NCBI GenBank assembly: GCA_025361065.1
Contig: JANYAY010000064.1
Coordinates: forward strand, 40,086 to 104,085
Reading direction: 5' to 3'
Source of the DNA: Deltaproteobacteria bacterium
Lineage (GTDB): Bacteria > Desulfobacterota > Syntrophia > Syntrophales > Smithellaceae
Length of the DNA stretch: 64,000 nucleotides
A program made the position numbers and the translations under genes. The notes below the pieces were generated by a model, which was not told where the DNA came from, ran no database searches, and worked only from the letters and a program-made list of their open reading frames with translations. Shown here piece after piece: positions 19,943 to 30,254 of the stretch. Positions within the stretch are counted from its first letter, which is position 1, and every line of letters begins with the position of its first letter.

Positions 19943-20744
19943 AAGCAGCCGTAAAACTATTCTGGATATTAAGAAAATGAAAGAACTTGGTGAAAAAATT
20001 ACTGTACTCACCGCCTACGATTATGCAATTTCTTCCATTCTTGATGAATGCGGTATTGATATGATCCTGGTAGGAGATTCCCTGGGTATGGTGGTTTTAG
20101 GATATGATACGACTCTCCCGGTCACAATGGAAGATATGCTGCATCACACCAAGGCAGTTTCCCGGGCAGCGCAAAATTCCCTCGTTATTGCCGATATGCC
20201 TTTTCTTTCTTACCAGGTATCACCCCAGTCGGCATTAGCCAATGCCGGCCGTTTCCTGCAAGAAGCAGGAGCACAAGCCGTCAAACTCGAAGGTGGCCGG
20301 GATACTGCTGAAACTGTTCGTAAAATAACTTCAGCCGGAATTCCGGTTATGGCTCATATAGGTTTGACACCACAGTCAATTCATCAAATCGGCGGATTTA
20401 AAGTTCAAGGAAAAAAGGAAGACGCCGCCCTCCGAATAATAGAAGATGCCAAAATACTGGAGGATGCCGGAGCTTTTTCGATTGTCCTGGAATTAGTACC
20501 GGAAAAACTAGCCGAAGAAATAACAAAATCAATAAATATTCCCACTATCGGTATTGGCGGGGGAATTCATTGTGACGGTCAGGTACTCGTAATAAATGAT
20601 ATGTTGGGATTGTATGATAAATTTACGCCCAAGCACGTAAAAAAATACGCCAACTTAAATCCGGAGATTAAAAAAGCAATCAAAAGCTACATAACTGAGG
20701 TGAAAAATTGTTCTTTCCCGGATGCCGAGCACAGCTTTAAGTAA
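19926..20744 (+). CDS. panB: 3-methyl-2-oxobutanoate hydroxymethyltransferase
   Basis: [26 protein letters not shown] and IGIGGG motifs in 272 aa. Confidence 0.93.
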   Translation: MSTHTKSSRKTILDIKKMKELGEKITVLTAYDYAISSILDECGIDMILVGDSLGMVVLGYDTTLPVTMEDMLHHTKAVSRAAQNSLVIADMPFLSYQVSPQSALANAGRFLQEAGAQAVKLEGGRDTAETVRKITSAGIPVMAHIGLTPQSIHQIGGFKVQGKKEDAALRIIEDAKILEDAGAFSIVLELVPEKLAEEITKSINIPTIGIGGGIHCDGQVLVINDMLGLYDKFTPKHVKKYANLNPEIKKAIKSYITEVKNCSFPDAEHSFK

Positions 20745-21198
20745 TAAATTGAGTACGTGACAATTATATTATCTGCTTGAGGATAAAATTTATTATCGAG
20801 ACTCAATTTTAGGACTAAAGTAAATTGATACTTACAAGTTGAATTATCCTGAGATCGATGCTCCGGTCTGTCGGAAAAAGACTCAAATATACCCGTTGAG
20901 TCCCGGCAGATAACAAATATCCGTATCCTGGGCAGCAATTTTGGGAAAATAATTATTGACATGCGGCCGGAACTTTCCTATCTTTCCCCGGAATGAAAAC
21001 ATGAAACATACCTGTTCTCCATAGAAAAAAAGTAATGTCTTATCAAAAAAACAAAATCTGTTGTCTCAATCCCTTTAAACTTTCGATGTTTATTATCACA
21101 TTAAATCGCCTTACTTGTATAAATTCGGGGCAGTCATCGCGGCTGTCCAATCTACCTATACAAAAATCTTATCACAACATTCAGGAGGAAGAAAAATC

Positions 21199-22224
21199 AT
21201 GAAAACGGCTATTCTCGGAGCAGGATCCATCGGCATGATCATTGGCGCCTTGTTGGCGAAAAAAGGGGTCGATGTAACACTCATTGACGCCAATCGGGAA
21301 CATGTGGCGGCACTCAACGCGAAAGGGGCAAAAATCATCGGCTATATGGATGAGACCATTCCGGTACATGCCATCACTCCAGATGCGATGTCGGGAAAGT
21401 TCGACCTGGTTCTCTATGCGGTGAAGCAGACTTATAATGAGGCCGCCTTAACAGCTCTTCTGCCGCATCTCCACGAAGGCAGTCTGGTTGCCACCTTGCA
21501 AAACGGTGTCCCGGAAACGGCTGTCGCCCATTACGTCGGTGAAAACCGTGTGCTGGGCTGTCCTGTAGGCTGGGGGGCAACATGGATCGGGCCGGGCGTT
21601 TCGGAACTGACCTCGGAACCGAATAAAATGACGATATCACTTGGCGCACCGGGCCAGGTAGCTCCGGAAGCGATCGACGCCGTGGAAAAGCAGCTCTCAC
21701 TGGTTTGTGAAGTGGAACGCGTTGCTAACCTCATCGGCGTCCGTTGGACGAAACTGATTGTCAATGCAACCATGAGCGGAATGTCTGCGGTGATCGGAAG
21801 CACCTACGGAGACGTCCTCGACAATGAGAAAGCCCTGACCTGTGTCGTCCATATCGGTAATGAGGGGATTAAGGCCGCCGGGGCGGCGGGGATAAAACTG
21901 GAGCCTATGCAGGGTACCGACATCAACATCCTGGCATTCGAGAATGCGGACACACTTGCTTTCTGCAAGGAAATATACAAGATGGTCTTCGGACCACACC
22001 GACACTTGCGGGCCAGCATGCTCCAGGATCTCGAAAAAGGACTCAAGACGGAAATTGATGCGATTAATGGCTTGATCTGTCAAACGGGCAAGCGGTGCGG
22101 CGTATCAACGCCCGTTAATGATGCGGTAGTCGAGATTGTGCACGAAGCGGAAGCGGGGAAAATCCGCCCGAATATCGCACTGCTGGAGCGGTTCATATTG
22201 CCCGAACTACCCGTGAAAGGATAA
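21199..22224 (+). CDS. 2-dehydropantoate 2-reductase family (ApbA/PanE) oxidoreductase
   Basis: MKTAILGAGSIGMIIG Rossmann start, preceded by an AGGAGG Shine-Dalgarno. It has the ApbA_C-like SMLQDLEKGLKTEIDAING motif. It is GC-rich: 39 of 60 in line 21541-21600. Confidence 0.8.
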   Translation: MKTAILGAGSIGMIIGALLAKKGVDVTLIDANREHVAALNAKGAKIIGYMDETIPVHAITPDAMSGKFDLVLYAVKQTYNEAALTALLPHLHEGSLVATLQNGVPETAVAHYVGENRVLGCPVGWGATWIGPGVSELTSEPNKMTISLGAPGQVAPEAIDAVEKQLSLVCEVERVANLIGVRWTKLIVNATMSGMSAVIGSTYGDVLDNEKALTCVVHIGNEGIKAAGAAGIKLEPMQGTDINILAFENADTLAFCKEIYKMVFGPHRHLRASMLQDLEKGLKTEIDAINGLICQTGKRCGVSTPVNDAVVEIVHEAEAGKIRPNIALLERFILPELPVKG

Positions 22225-22260
22225 CTCCGGCCTAGCCGCATACAACCAGCGAAAAATATT

Positions 22261-22296
22261 ATAACCCATCCTCCGCAAAAGCGAGGGATGGGTTAT
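22261..22296 (+). terminator. stem-loop terminator downstream of the panE-like gene
   Basis: ATAACCCATCC...GGATGGGTTAT gives 11-bp outer arms with an imperfect inner stem. An A/T-rich tract follows, but not a clean U-run. Confidence 0.5.
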
Positions 22297-22344
22297 TTAA
22301 ATATTGGCCGGGATATTTTTTATTTATAATAGATAGCTGATTGA

Positions 22345-23247
22345 TTACACAACCATATTTTTAGCTAAATGCTTCAGCATTTGCCGATAAACCCCAAGCA
22401 TTATTTCCGGCGCCAGAAAATAGTCGGGATTGTTCTTATAATAATCATCAATATAAGCTTGGGCAGCAAGATCAATGCTACCTTCTTTTCTTAATGCATC
22501 TTCCAGCAAAGTTCTTATCTTTCGAGCTTCAGCAATGGAATTACTGATAAAATTTGCCGCTTCTGAATCGATCATGTGGGCATAATGATCTGCGCCGAGA
22601 ATATTAACCTTTAATTTGACAAGTTTTTCCAGACTTTGCTGATAGAGTGTAAAATTGGAATTGGCCGCAATTAACATTTCATCTTTATAGGGAATTGCGG
22701 CAGCATCGGAAGGAAACAAAGCCTGTACCTGAGGAACATAAGCGCTGATCGCACAGGAAGAATGACCGGGAGTTTCCAGGATTTCAATTTTCATATTGCC
22801 TAAATCAATATTTTGACCTCCAACCAGACTCTCTCCGGTGACATCATTGCGCCACATCCAATCCAGTAAAGATAAATCATTTTTTTCACCCAGTATTTTA
22901 GTCATAACTAAATTACTGAACTGATTCATAACTGCAATTGCTTTGGGGTCGGCTATTACCTCCCAGGCACGTTGCGATGCATAAACAGTCAGCTGTGGCC
23001 AGCGCCTTTTAAAAAAAGGGATGATGCCCACATGATCAAAATGAGCATGCAAAATAATAACATGGGCAATCTTTTTTTCCTCAATACCGAATTTTTTGAT
23101 TTGTTGCAGAACGTCCGGAATAATATAATTCATCCCACCGCTGATTATGGCGGATGATTCACTGCCTTCCAGCAGATAAATGCATGATTCTTCCGTACCA
23201 AGCCGCCAAAGCTGATCGGTAATTTTCCCCGCTGTTCTTATTCTCAT
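22345..23247 (-). CDS. MBL-fold metallo-hydrolase
   Basis: HAHFDH (HxHxDH) motif and later His/Asp ligands in 300 aa. Confidence 0.8.
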   Translation of the reverse strand: MRIRTAGKITDQLWRLGTEESCIYLLEGSESSAIISGGMNYIIPDVLQQIKKFGIEEKKIAHVIILHAHFDHVGIIPFFKRRWPQLTVYASQRAWEVIADPKAIAVMNQFSNLVMTKILGEKNDLSLLDWMWRNDVTGESLVGGQNIDLGNMKIEILETPGHSSCAISAYVPQVQALFPSDAAAIPYKDEMLIAANSNFTLYQQSLEKLVKLKVNILGADHYAHMIDSEAANFISNSIAEARKIRTLLEDALRKEGSIDLAAQAYIDDYYKNNPDYFLAPEIMLGVYRQMLKHLAKNMVV

Positions 23248-23262
23248 AAATTTTACGATTAA

Positions 23263-24333
23263 TTAATTTTCATAAACCATAATTTTTGCTTTTTCGCGCA
23301 ATTTCTTTAACAAGGCAATAAAGGTTTCCGATTGCTTTTGCTGTTCGAGGTAAGATGAAATCTTTTCTTTGACATCTTCGAGAACCATTGTCTTTTGCGG
23401 ATCGCGCCCCAATACCTGAATTACATGATACCCATATTCAGTAGTAACCACCGGACCAACGGCATTAATTTCCTGAGAAAAAGCGGCATCCTCAAATGGC
23501 TTAACGGTCTGGTCTTTCTTGATCTGACCGAGATCCCCGCCATTATCTTTACTGGGGCAATCGGAATTCTGGCGGGCAATTTCAGCAAAATCGGCGCCAT
23601 CCACTATTTGCTTGCGCAGATTTTCTATCTTCACTTTTTTCTCTGCTTTTATGTTTTCCGTATCGTCCTTGGCAAACGCTATCAGAATATGCCGGATATG
23701 AACGTTTTCCGGAATAATGAATTTATCTTTATTTTCATCATAGAATTTACTTATTTCTTTTGGCGACGGCTTCGCTTTTTTACCCGACTCCTGCACCACC
23801 ATTTTTTTTACTTTAATTCCCAAGGCAATATACTCCCGGGTAATTTTATTTTCCTTCATAAATTTTTCCGGTTTTTGATCAGGCGGAAGACTTGCTTTAA
23901 TTTGATCTATTGTCATCTTTATTTCTTTATCAGTGGCTTGAATTTTTCTTTTTTCTGCTTCGTTGGACATAAGAGTGCGCATGATAAATTCATCCATCAT
24001 CTGCTTCTTCAAAGCTGTCTGCGCTTCTTTGATCTTATCCGGCGGAATCTGACTCTTTAACTCAGCGATTTTCTGTTTGATTTCTTTTGCAATTGCCGAT
24101 TTCTTTAAAATATTGCCATCTACACTCACGGCAATATCATCCGATACCGGTTGTTTAGCGGCAACTTCCGGGGGAAGACCGGTAGATGGAACAACTGGTT
24201 GAACTTGATTGTTGCCGACCGCTGGATTTTGAACATTCTTCTTCTTTTCTTCAGTGTTGCCACATCCCGCAACAAGAATAAATGTAATTACAATGAAAAT
24301 GAACGACCAATTTTTTATGATTTTGCTTTTCAT
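23263..24333 (-). CDS. parvulin-type peptidyl-prolyl isomerase lipoprotein (PrsA/SurA-like)
   Basis: The Met at 24333 gives MKSKIIKNWSFIFIVITFILVAGC, a lipobox. The C-terminal PpiC domain has HIRHILI...SDCPSKDNGGDLG...GYHVIQV. Confidence 0.85.
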   Translation of the reverse strand: MKSKIIKNWSFIFIVITFILVAGCGNTEEKKKNVQNPAVGNNQVQPVVPSTGLPPEVAAKQPVSDDIAVSVDGNILKKSAIAKEIKQKIAELKSQIPPDKIKEAQTALKKQMMDEFIMRTLMSNEAEKRKIQATDKEIKMTIDQIKASLPPDQKPEKFMKENKITREYIALGIKVKKMVVQESGKKAKPSPKEISKFYDENKDKFIIPENVHIRHILIAFAKDDTENIKAEKKVKIENLRKQIVDGADFAEIARQNSDCPSKDNGGDLGQIKKDQTVKPFEDAAFSQEINAVGPVVTTEYGYHVIQVLGRDPQKTMVLEDVKEKISSYLEQQKQSETFIALLKKLREKAKIMVYEN

Positions 24334-24434
24334 TAAATTCCTCCAGCAATTATTGTTACTTAGCGCTATGTTTTTCAATTCAGGGTCTATATTCAAAATA
24401 CCGGGATACGTCAAGAAGATAATCTTATACTAAC

Positions 24435-25787
24435 CTATGTAATTTTGCGTAAATACTGAACGATTTTTTTCTGGAGAGCTAATTCCCGATGATTGGCAGC
24501 ACAAACAAATTCCGGAACATACACTTGCTGCATTTCCAAAATTTGCTCCAGGGCGGTAAACATATCAATGGGTGGATAATATTCTCTGGATAAATAGTTA
24601 ATCAATTTTAAAGTTTTAAAACCATCAAACCAAGAGTGAAGCTGATTAATGAAAGTAACTTCATTTTTAACGTTACGGCGCATTTTCATCCAAGCCTGTC
24701 CAAAGCTGCAATCATCTAAAAAAAAGGCAAGCGAAGGGTGAATCAATCCGGCTTTTTTAAAGATATCTTTTTCATCATAATTAAACGTCTGTTCCATAAG
24801 CCGCAACCATTGCGCCAATATTTCGAATATCCTTGGATCGCACAAAACATATTCTTCCTGCTCGTGGTTGAGAAATCTATGTATCCTTTTGCCTGTCCCA
24901 AAGGGTACGCGCAAAGATGCCCGCGCTGATGGAAAAACGCATGTTTTTTTAACATAGTTAATATTGCCGTTTTTTGCGAGCTTGTTGAGAAAATAAAAGT
25001 CCTCACCTGCTTCCCGTCGATTCATTCCCCGGACATTCAAATAAGCATCTGTGGTACAAACCATTGCTGAGCCTATGGAATGAAAGGCATAAGGAGATTT
25101 TGCATATTTCAATCCCAATATCCAGTAACGCAGAAATATTTCATAGCAATAAATTGCTGCTCTTTCTTCATTATTGGCCGGTTCCTGATGCTCGTAGGCA
25201 ACAACCGCTGTTTTTACATCCGCGGTAAAGAAATCCTTTATGGCCGCCAAATAATTGCTTTGCACCAGGGTATCGGCATCAAGACTTAAAATGAGCTTTT
25301 TTAAAGAAGAGCTTTTCGACAGCAAATAAAGCGCTGTATCCATCCCTATTTTGCGCGCCATGCCTACTCCGCCTTCTTTAGCGGGTATCTCCTGTCCTTC
25401 TGATGAGGCGTCAATATATCCGAGTCTTAATCCTGAATCAGTAATGATTTGTAAAAGATTTATTAAATCCCTATTTATATGCATATTTCCCAAAATATTT
25501 TTGCAGACCAATGCCCGAAGATATTCCAGCGTCTGTTGATTATTAATTTTTACTTCTTCCGGAGAATTTTTTTTATTATTGATTACACATAAGACAAATG
25601 AATAATCCAAAGACGATGGCGTATTTCGGGCAAGAGAAACCAGGGTAGGAAAAAGCATATTCTTTTCGGCATAAGCAGGTATTACAATAACCTGAGATAT
25701 ATTTTCTGTATCTCCGGCCATTAATTGCCAGCGGTCTGCCACCGAATAGTTTTGCAGGTATTGATTAAGGGAAGAAGGCTTAGTCAT
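24435..25787 (-). CDS. GT-A fold (family-2-like) glycosyltransferase, acceptor unknown
   Basis: VIVIPAYAE start of the GT-A fold, a LDADT DxD-like motif, and AGEDFYFLNKL. It is 450 aa with an uncharacterised C-terminal half. It overlaps the miaA stop by 8 nt. Confidence 0.6.
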   Translation of the reverse strand: MTKPSSLNQYLQNYSVADRWQLMAGDTENISQVIVIPAYAEKNMLFPTLVSLARNTPSSLDYSFVLCVINNKKNSPEEVKINNQQTLEYLRALVCKNILGNMHINRDLINLLQIITDSGLRLGYIDASSEGQEIPAKEGGVGMARKIGMDTALYLLSKSSSLKKLILSLDADTLVQSNYLAAIKDFFTADVKTAVVAYEHQEPANNEERAAIYCYEIFLRYWILGLKYAKSPYAFHSIGSAMVCTTDAYLNVRGMNRREAGEDFYFLNKLAKNGNINYVKKTCVFPSARASLRVPFGTGKRIHRFLNHEQEEYVLCDPRIFEILAQWLRLMEQTFNYDEKDIFKKAGLIHPSLAFFLDDCSFGQAWMKMRRNVKNEVTFINQLHSWFDGFKTLKLINYLSREYYPPIDMFTALEQILEMQQVYVPEFVCAANHRELALQKKIVQYLRKIT

Positions 25788-26694
25788 CTAAATCCTTCAT
25801 TACACTTTCCTTCAATAAATTATAATCGTCTCCGTTAATCCAATTGATAGCTATTCCCTTTCCTTCCATGCGCCGAAACCATGTTTCCTGACGTTTAGCA
25901 TATTGATGAATACGGGTATTTAATTGCTCAAACATTTCTTTATAAGTGATTTGTCCTTGCAGATACCGGGCAAGATAACGATATTCCAAACCGAAACTAT
26001 CGAGTCTTTTCCAGGACAATCCGGATATTTGCAATGCTTTTACTTCCTCGATCATTCCCATCTCCAATCTTTGCTTTAACCTGGCCGTAATGCGCTTCCT
26101 CAACACTGATCTTTCCCAATGGATACCGAATACAGCGGCGTTCAAAATCGGTCCTCTGAATATTTCAGCAGGTTGACGCAGGCGTGCTCTTTCAATTTCT
26201 ATTGCCCGAATCAATCTGTCTTTATCTTCAACATCCGTCTTGTTATGAAGTTGTCTCTTCAGGCATGAAAGATTTTCCTGCAATTCTTCGATTGTTTTCG
26301 TTTGTAAATCTTTTCTTAATTCCAGATCAAGTGGCGCCGGCGGCAACTGATAATTCAGAATGATTGATTCTAAATAAAGTCCGGTACCTCCAGCCACAAC
26401 CGGCAAAACATTTCTCTGGATTAATTTCGAATAAACTTCATAAAATCCACTTTGGAATTTGAAGAGGTTAAATTCTTCTTCCGGCCTGATAATGTCGATT
26501 AAATGATACGGTATATTATGGCCGTTGATAATATATTCCTCTAAATCTTTGCCCGTACCAATATCCAGGCCTTTATATACCTGACGTGAATCTGCCGATA
26601 TTATTTCGCTTTTCAAATCATGTGCCAAAGCTACAGAAAGTTTGGTTTTACCTGAAGCCGTGGCCCCCAGAATGACTATCAGATTTCTTGCCAT
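25780..26694 (-). CDS. miaA: tRNA dimethylallyltransferase
   Basis: ILGATASGKT P-loop, SADSRQVYKGLDIGT and GGTGLY motifs. The start was trimmed to the Met at 26694. Confidence 0.92.
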   Translation of the reverse strand: MARNLIVILGATASGKTKLSVALAHDLKSEIISADSRQVYKGLDIGTGKDLEEYIINGHNIPYHLIDIIRPEEEFNLFKFQSGFYEVYSKLIQRNVLPVVAGGTGLYLESIILNYQLPPAPLDLELRKDLQTKTIEELQENLSCLKRQLHNKTDVEDKDRLIRAIEIERARLRQPAEIFRGPILNAAVFGIHWERSVLRKRITARLKQRLEMGMIEEVKALQISGLSWKRLDSFGLEYRYLARYLQGQITYKEMFEQLNTRIHQYAKRQETWFRRMEGKGIAINWINGDDYNLLKESVMKDLDD

Positions 26695-26783
26695 TTTATT
26701 GCCTTGAATTTCCCTGCTATTAAATGTAATCAACCAAATACTTACTATAATTAATATTATTTTACCATTATCGGCTGTAACAT

Positions 26784-28130
26784 ATGAAAACCAGACTGGA
26801 TTTGGGGAAGGAGGCTATCTTCCCTTTGATTATTAAAATGAGCTGGCCATCAATTATAGCTATGGTTGCCATGTCTCTTTACAATTTCATAGATACCTTC
26901 TGGCTGGCCAGATTAAATTCCCAGGCTCTGGCTGCGCTTACACTTTGTTTCCCCATTCAAATGATTTTCGCCGCTATCGGAATTGGCACCGGAGTTGGTG
27001 CCGGTTCATTTTCTGCAAGAATGTTTGGTGCCGGTAAATTATGCAAAGCAAGGCGGGCGGCCGGCCAGATATTTACGCTTTCCCTCTTTTTTGGACTTTT
27101 TACGATAATTGTAGTTATGATTTTTCATGACAGCATTCTTCGCTGCTTTGGTGCTGATGCGGAGATATTGCCTCTTTGCCGTGACTATCTGATTATAATT
27201 GCCTTCAGTTCACCTTTTATCTTCTTTTCAATGATGTCTAATAATTTGTTAAGAACTGAGGGAAGACCCCTTTTATCCATGTGGGTCGTCCTGATTTCAT
27301 CAATTCTCAGTGCAATCCTCGACCCTTTGTTAATTTTCGGGATTGGCCCCTTTCCCCGCATGGGAATTAAAGGCGCCGCTCTAGCAGCTGTTATTGCTCA
27401 ATTTACAGCCAGTATCTTCTCCGTTTATTTTATGTTATTAAAAACATCCATCTATGAACTTAAATGGAAATATCTTATACCCGATATATCTACAATTAAA
27501 TCAATTTACTCCACCGGATTTCCCTCAATTATTATTAATCTGATCGTCAGCCTCGTTTTAGTTATTTACAATCACACACTGTCTCATTTCGGTTCGCTGG
27601 CTATAGCTGCTTTGGGCATCTGCTTTAGAGTAAACGGCCTTGTGACCATGATTCTATTTGGAATTGGTTTCGGCTTAATGCCGATTGTCGGATATAGTGA
27701 AGGAGCTAAACTTTATGGGCGTCTGAAAGAATCAGTTTTTGTTGCATTGAAAGTAGCCATTTCTATCGCCGTAATCTCTTCGGTTTTCTTAGAAATATAT
27801 GCCGAATCGATTGTCGGTATTTTTTCTAATGATCCGGCACTCACGGCAATTGCCACGCCGGCACTACGTCTTTATGTTTCAGTTTTAATATTTATGGCGC
27901 CAACATTAATTTTTATCAACATGTTTATGGGGCTGGGGAAGGGAAATTTAGCGATGGTTTTGCTTTTCTTCCGCGATGTTCTTTTACTTATTCCATTATT
28001 AATTGTTTTCTCTGCGTGGTTGGGCCTTTTTGGAGCCTGGCTGGCTTTACCGATTGCCAACATAATTGCTTTTTTTGCAATTCTCTTTCAAGCCAAAAAG
28101 GAACTTCGCCGTTTTGATATTAATGTTTAA
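26784..28130 (+). CDS. MATE-family efflux transporter
   Basis: 448 aa with about 12 hydrophobic segments and a NorM/MATE-like N-terminus (ILRLSWPSI-type MSWPSIIAM). Confidence 0.85.
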   Translation: MKTRLDLGKEAIFPLIIKMSWPSIIAMVAMSLYNFIDTFWLARLNSQALAALTLCFPIQMIFAAIGIGTGVGAGSFSARMFGAGKLCKARRAAGQIFTLSLFFGLFTIIVVMIFHDSILRCFGADAEILPLCRDYLIIIAFSSPFIFFSMMSNNLLRTEGRPLLSMWVVLISSILSAILDPLLIFGIGPFPRMGIKGAALAAVIAQFTASIFSVYFMLLKTSIYELKWKYLIPDISTIKSIYSTGFPSIIINLIVSLVLVIYNHTLSHFGSLAIAALGICFRVNGLVTMILFGIGFGLMPIVGYSEGAKLYGRLKESVFVALKVAISIAVISSVFLEIYAESIVGIFSNDPALTAIATPALRLYVSVLIFMAPTLIFINMFMGLGKGNLAMVLLFFRDVLLLIPLLIVFSAWLGLFGAWLALPIANIIAFFAILFQAKKELRRFDINV

Positions 28131-28140
28131 TTAATCATTA

Positions 28141-28172
28141 AAAAAAATACCCCGGAGACCGGGGTATTTTTT
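28141..28172. terminator. bidirectional intrinsic terminator between convergent MATE and csp genes
   Basis: A7-ATACCCCGG-AGA-CCGGGGTAT-T6 is a perfect 9-bp stem flanked by A-run and T-run. Confidence 0.85.
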
Positions 28173-28198
28173 GGAGTTAACTTTAATTAATTAAAATA

Positions 28199-28399
28199 TT
28201 ACAGTGGTTGAACATTGGTTGCGCTGGGACCTTTATTGCCCTGCTCAATGTCAAAACGAATTCTCTGACCCTCATAAAGAGTTTTGAATCCGGTTCCTGC
28301 GATAGCGCTATAATGAACAAATACATCGCCACCTTCATCGTTTTCAATAAAACCAAACCCCTTCTTCTCGTTGAACCACTTAACTTTTCCTTCCGCCAC
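28199..28399 (-). CDS. cold-shock protein (CspA family)
   Basis: A GTG start at 28399 after an AAAGGAGGG Shine-Dalgarno gives [18 protein letters not shown]...VFVHYSAI, containing the RNP1 and RNP2 motifs. Confidence 0.9.
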   Translation of the reverse strand: MAEGKVKWFNEKKGFGFIENDEGGDVFVHYSAIAGTGFKTLYEGQRIRFDIEQGNKGPSATNVQPL

Positions 28400-28649
28400 A
28401 GTTAAAACCCTCCTTTCAAATATTCGTTCCAAACAGGTTGAATCCTGCCGGAAACAAAAAAACCGCACGAATTCTTTGCTTAATTGAAGAATTCTCAGCG
28501 GTTAATTTTTTTCCCCGTTAAAACTTAGCACTAACTACTTCCTAATAAACATTACACATTACACTTCCCGGCAAAGGAAGGACTTACAGACTTGAGTCAG
28601 GTATCTAACACCTATTTTCCCCAAAATCAAGCTTTTTTTAAAAATTTAA

Positions 28650-29267
28650 TTAATTTTTTTGGTTATTTAGACTTCTACGTAAAATACGGAGTAACTCTTT
28701 TTCTCGACCCAGATAAAAATGGTCTGTATCGGGAATTATTTTTAATTTCGCATTAAGATCATTTATTTGTTCTTTTAAAACATTGAGATCGCAGAACTGA
28801 TCATTGTCTCCGCAGATGATCATATTAATTTTATTACTTAATTTTGTAAAATTAAAATCAAAATAATTTATGGGCGGAGATATAAATATTGCGTCAGCAA
28901 AAGGATGATCGGATTGCTCAATAACTTTTGAACCAACCCAGGAACCAAATGAATATCCGACAAAAGATATTTTTAATATCCCGATACTTTGCAAATATTT
29001 GCCCACGGCAAAAATATCTTCCTGCTCCCCTTTTCCTTCATCATAATTACCTGTGCTCCGGCCAACACCACGGAAATTAAATCTCAATGATGTATATTTT
29101 TCTTCAGCAAAAGCCTCCTGAATTGCTTGCACAACGTTATTATGCATAGATCCGCCCATCAAAGAATGAGGATGGCAAATAACTACACCTTTGTCTTCCG
29201 GCGATCTGCTTAATAATCCTTCGATCATCAAATCATTATTTTTTATATAAATCTGTTCTTCTTTCAT
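28650..29267 (-). CDS. alpha/beta-fold hydrolase
   Basis: VVICHPHSLMGGSMHN and GYSFGS (nucleophile elbow GxSxG). Its ATG overlaps the upstream TAA stop by 1 nt (TAATG). Confidence 0.75.
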   Translation of the reverse strand: MKEEQIYIKNNDLMIEGLLSRSPEDKGVVICHPHSLMGGSMHNNVVQAIQEAFAEEKYTSLRFNFRGVGRSTGNYDEGKGEQEDIFAVGKYLQSIGILKISFVGYSFGSWVGSKVIEQSDHPFADAIFISPPINYFDFNFTKLSNKINMIICGDNDQFCDLNVLKEQINDLNAKLKIIPDTDHFYLGREKELLRILRRSLNNQKN

Positions 29268-30244
29268 TATTCTTCCTCTTTTGCAGACACTAAATGGCAG
29301 GCACAAAATCTTTTATTCTTTTTCTCCGTTAATACCGGCTGCTGCTCCTCACAAACAGGCGATTTATAAATACAGCGGTTTTGGAAATTACACCCCCGTG
29401 CGTCTTCAATCCTCGCTTCACCTTTTATTGTTGCTTTATTTCTTTTCTTTTGCGGGTCGCAGGAGGGCACAGCCGAAAGCAGCATTTGCGTATAAGGATG
29501 AAGCGGAGAATCATAAATATCTTTATTTTCGGCCAGTTCAACAATTTGCCCCAAATACATTACGGCAATGCGGTCAGACATATGGCGGATGACATTAAGA
29601 TCATGAGAAATAAACAAATATGTCAGGCCAAAATCCCGTTTTAAATCTTTTAGTAAATTCAAAATTTGCGCCTGGATAGATACATCCAGGGCGGATACAG
29701 GTTCATCGGCAATAATCAATTCCGGCCGCAGAATGAGTGCCCGGGCAATTCCGATGCGTTGTCTCTGTCCGCCACTGAATTCGTGTGGATAGCGTTTAGC
29801 CTGTTCTCCACTTAAGCCGACTTTTGCCATTAATTCCAATACAGATTGCCTACGGGCATTTCTATCACCGATTCGATGAATGGTCAGCGGTTCTTTAATT
29901 ATAACTGCCGCTGTTTTGCGAGGATTGAGAGAAGAATAAGGATCCTGAAATATCAATTGAACATTGCGGCGGTATGCTTTCAGGGATTCCTTATTGTAGG
30001 AATTTATATTTTCACCCTTAACGCTGATAAAACCGGATGATGGTTTTTCCAGTCTTACAATCAGGCGCGCCAGTGTTGATTTTCCGCAACCTGATTCACC
30101 AACCAGACCTAAGGTTTCTCCCTTTAATATTTGTAAATTTACATTATTGACTGCATGAACAACTCTATTCTTTGAATTCAACATGCCGCTTTGGAGAGTA
30201 TATTTTTTATTTAATTTCTGGATATCAACGAGAAGATCACGCAT
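29267..30244 (-). CDS. oligopeptide/dipeptide-type ABC transporter ATP-binding protein (OppF/DppF-like)
   Basis: Walker A GESGCGKST, signature FSGGQRQR, Walker B IIADEP, and the C-terminal oligopeptide-ATPase extension with Cys residues. Confidence 0.88.
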   Translation of the reverse strand: MRDLLVDIQKLNKKYTLQSGMLNSKNRVVHAVNNVNLQILKGETLGLVGESGCGKSTLARLIVRLEKPSSGFISVKGENINSYNKESLKAYRRNVQLIFQDPYSSLNPRKTAAVIIKEPLTIHRIGDRNARRQSVLELMAKVGLSGEQAKRYPHEFSGGQRQRIGIARALILRPELIIADEPVSALDVSIQAQILNLLKDLKRDFGLTYLFISHDLNVIRHMSDRIAVMYLGQIVELAENKDIYDSPLHPYTQMLLSAVPSCDPQKKRNKATIKGEARIEDARGCNFQNRCIYKSPVCEEQQPVLTEKKNKRFCACHLVSAKEEE

Positions 30245-30254
30245 TATATATTTC

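Noticed and set aside
20687-20962. 91-aa minus-strand ORF in the panB to panE spacer
   Set aside because: It overlaps the panB 3-prime end, has no Shine-Dalgarno and has low-complexity sequence. It is likely non-coding spacer at the junction with the GC-rich insert.
23395-24060. 221-aa plus-strand ORF rich in Phe/Ile/Leu
   Set aside because: It lies antisense to the Lys/Glu-rich PPIase gene, and its composition simply mirrors that gene.
28400-28649. Long upstream region of the cold-shock gene as a CspA-type 5-prime UTR thermosensor
   Set aside because: It is plausible by analogy to E. coli cspA. However, I could not identify a promoter, a cold-box or convincing alternative structures by eye, so it is not reported as a feature.
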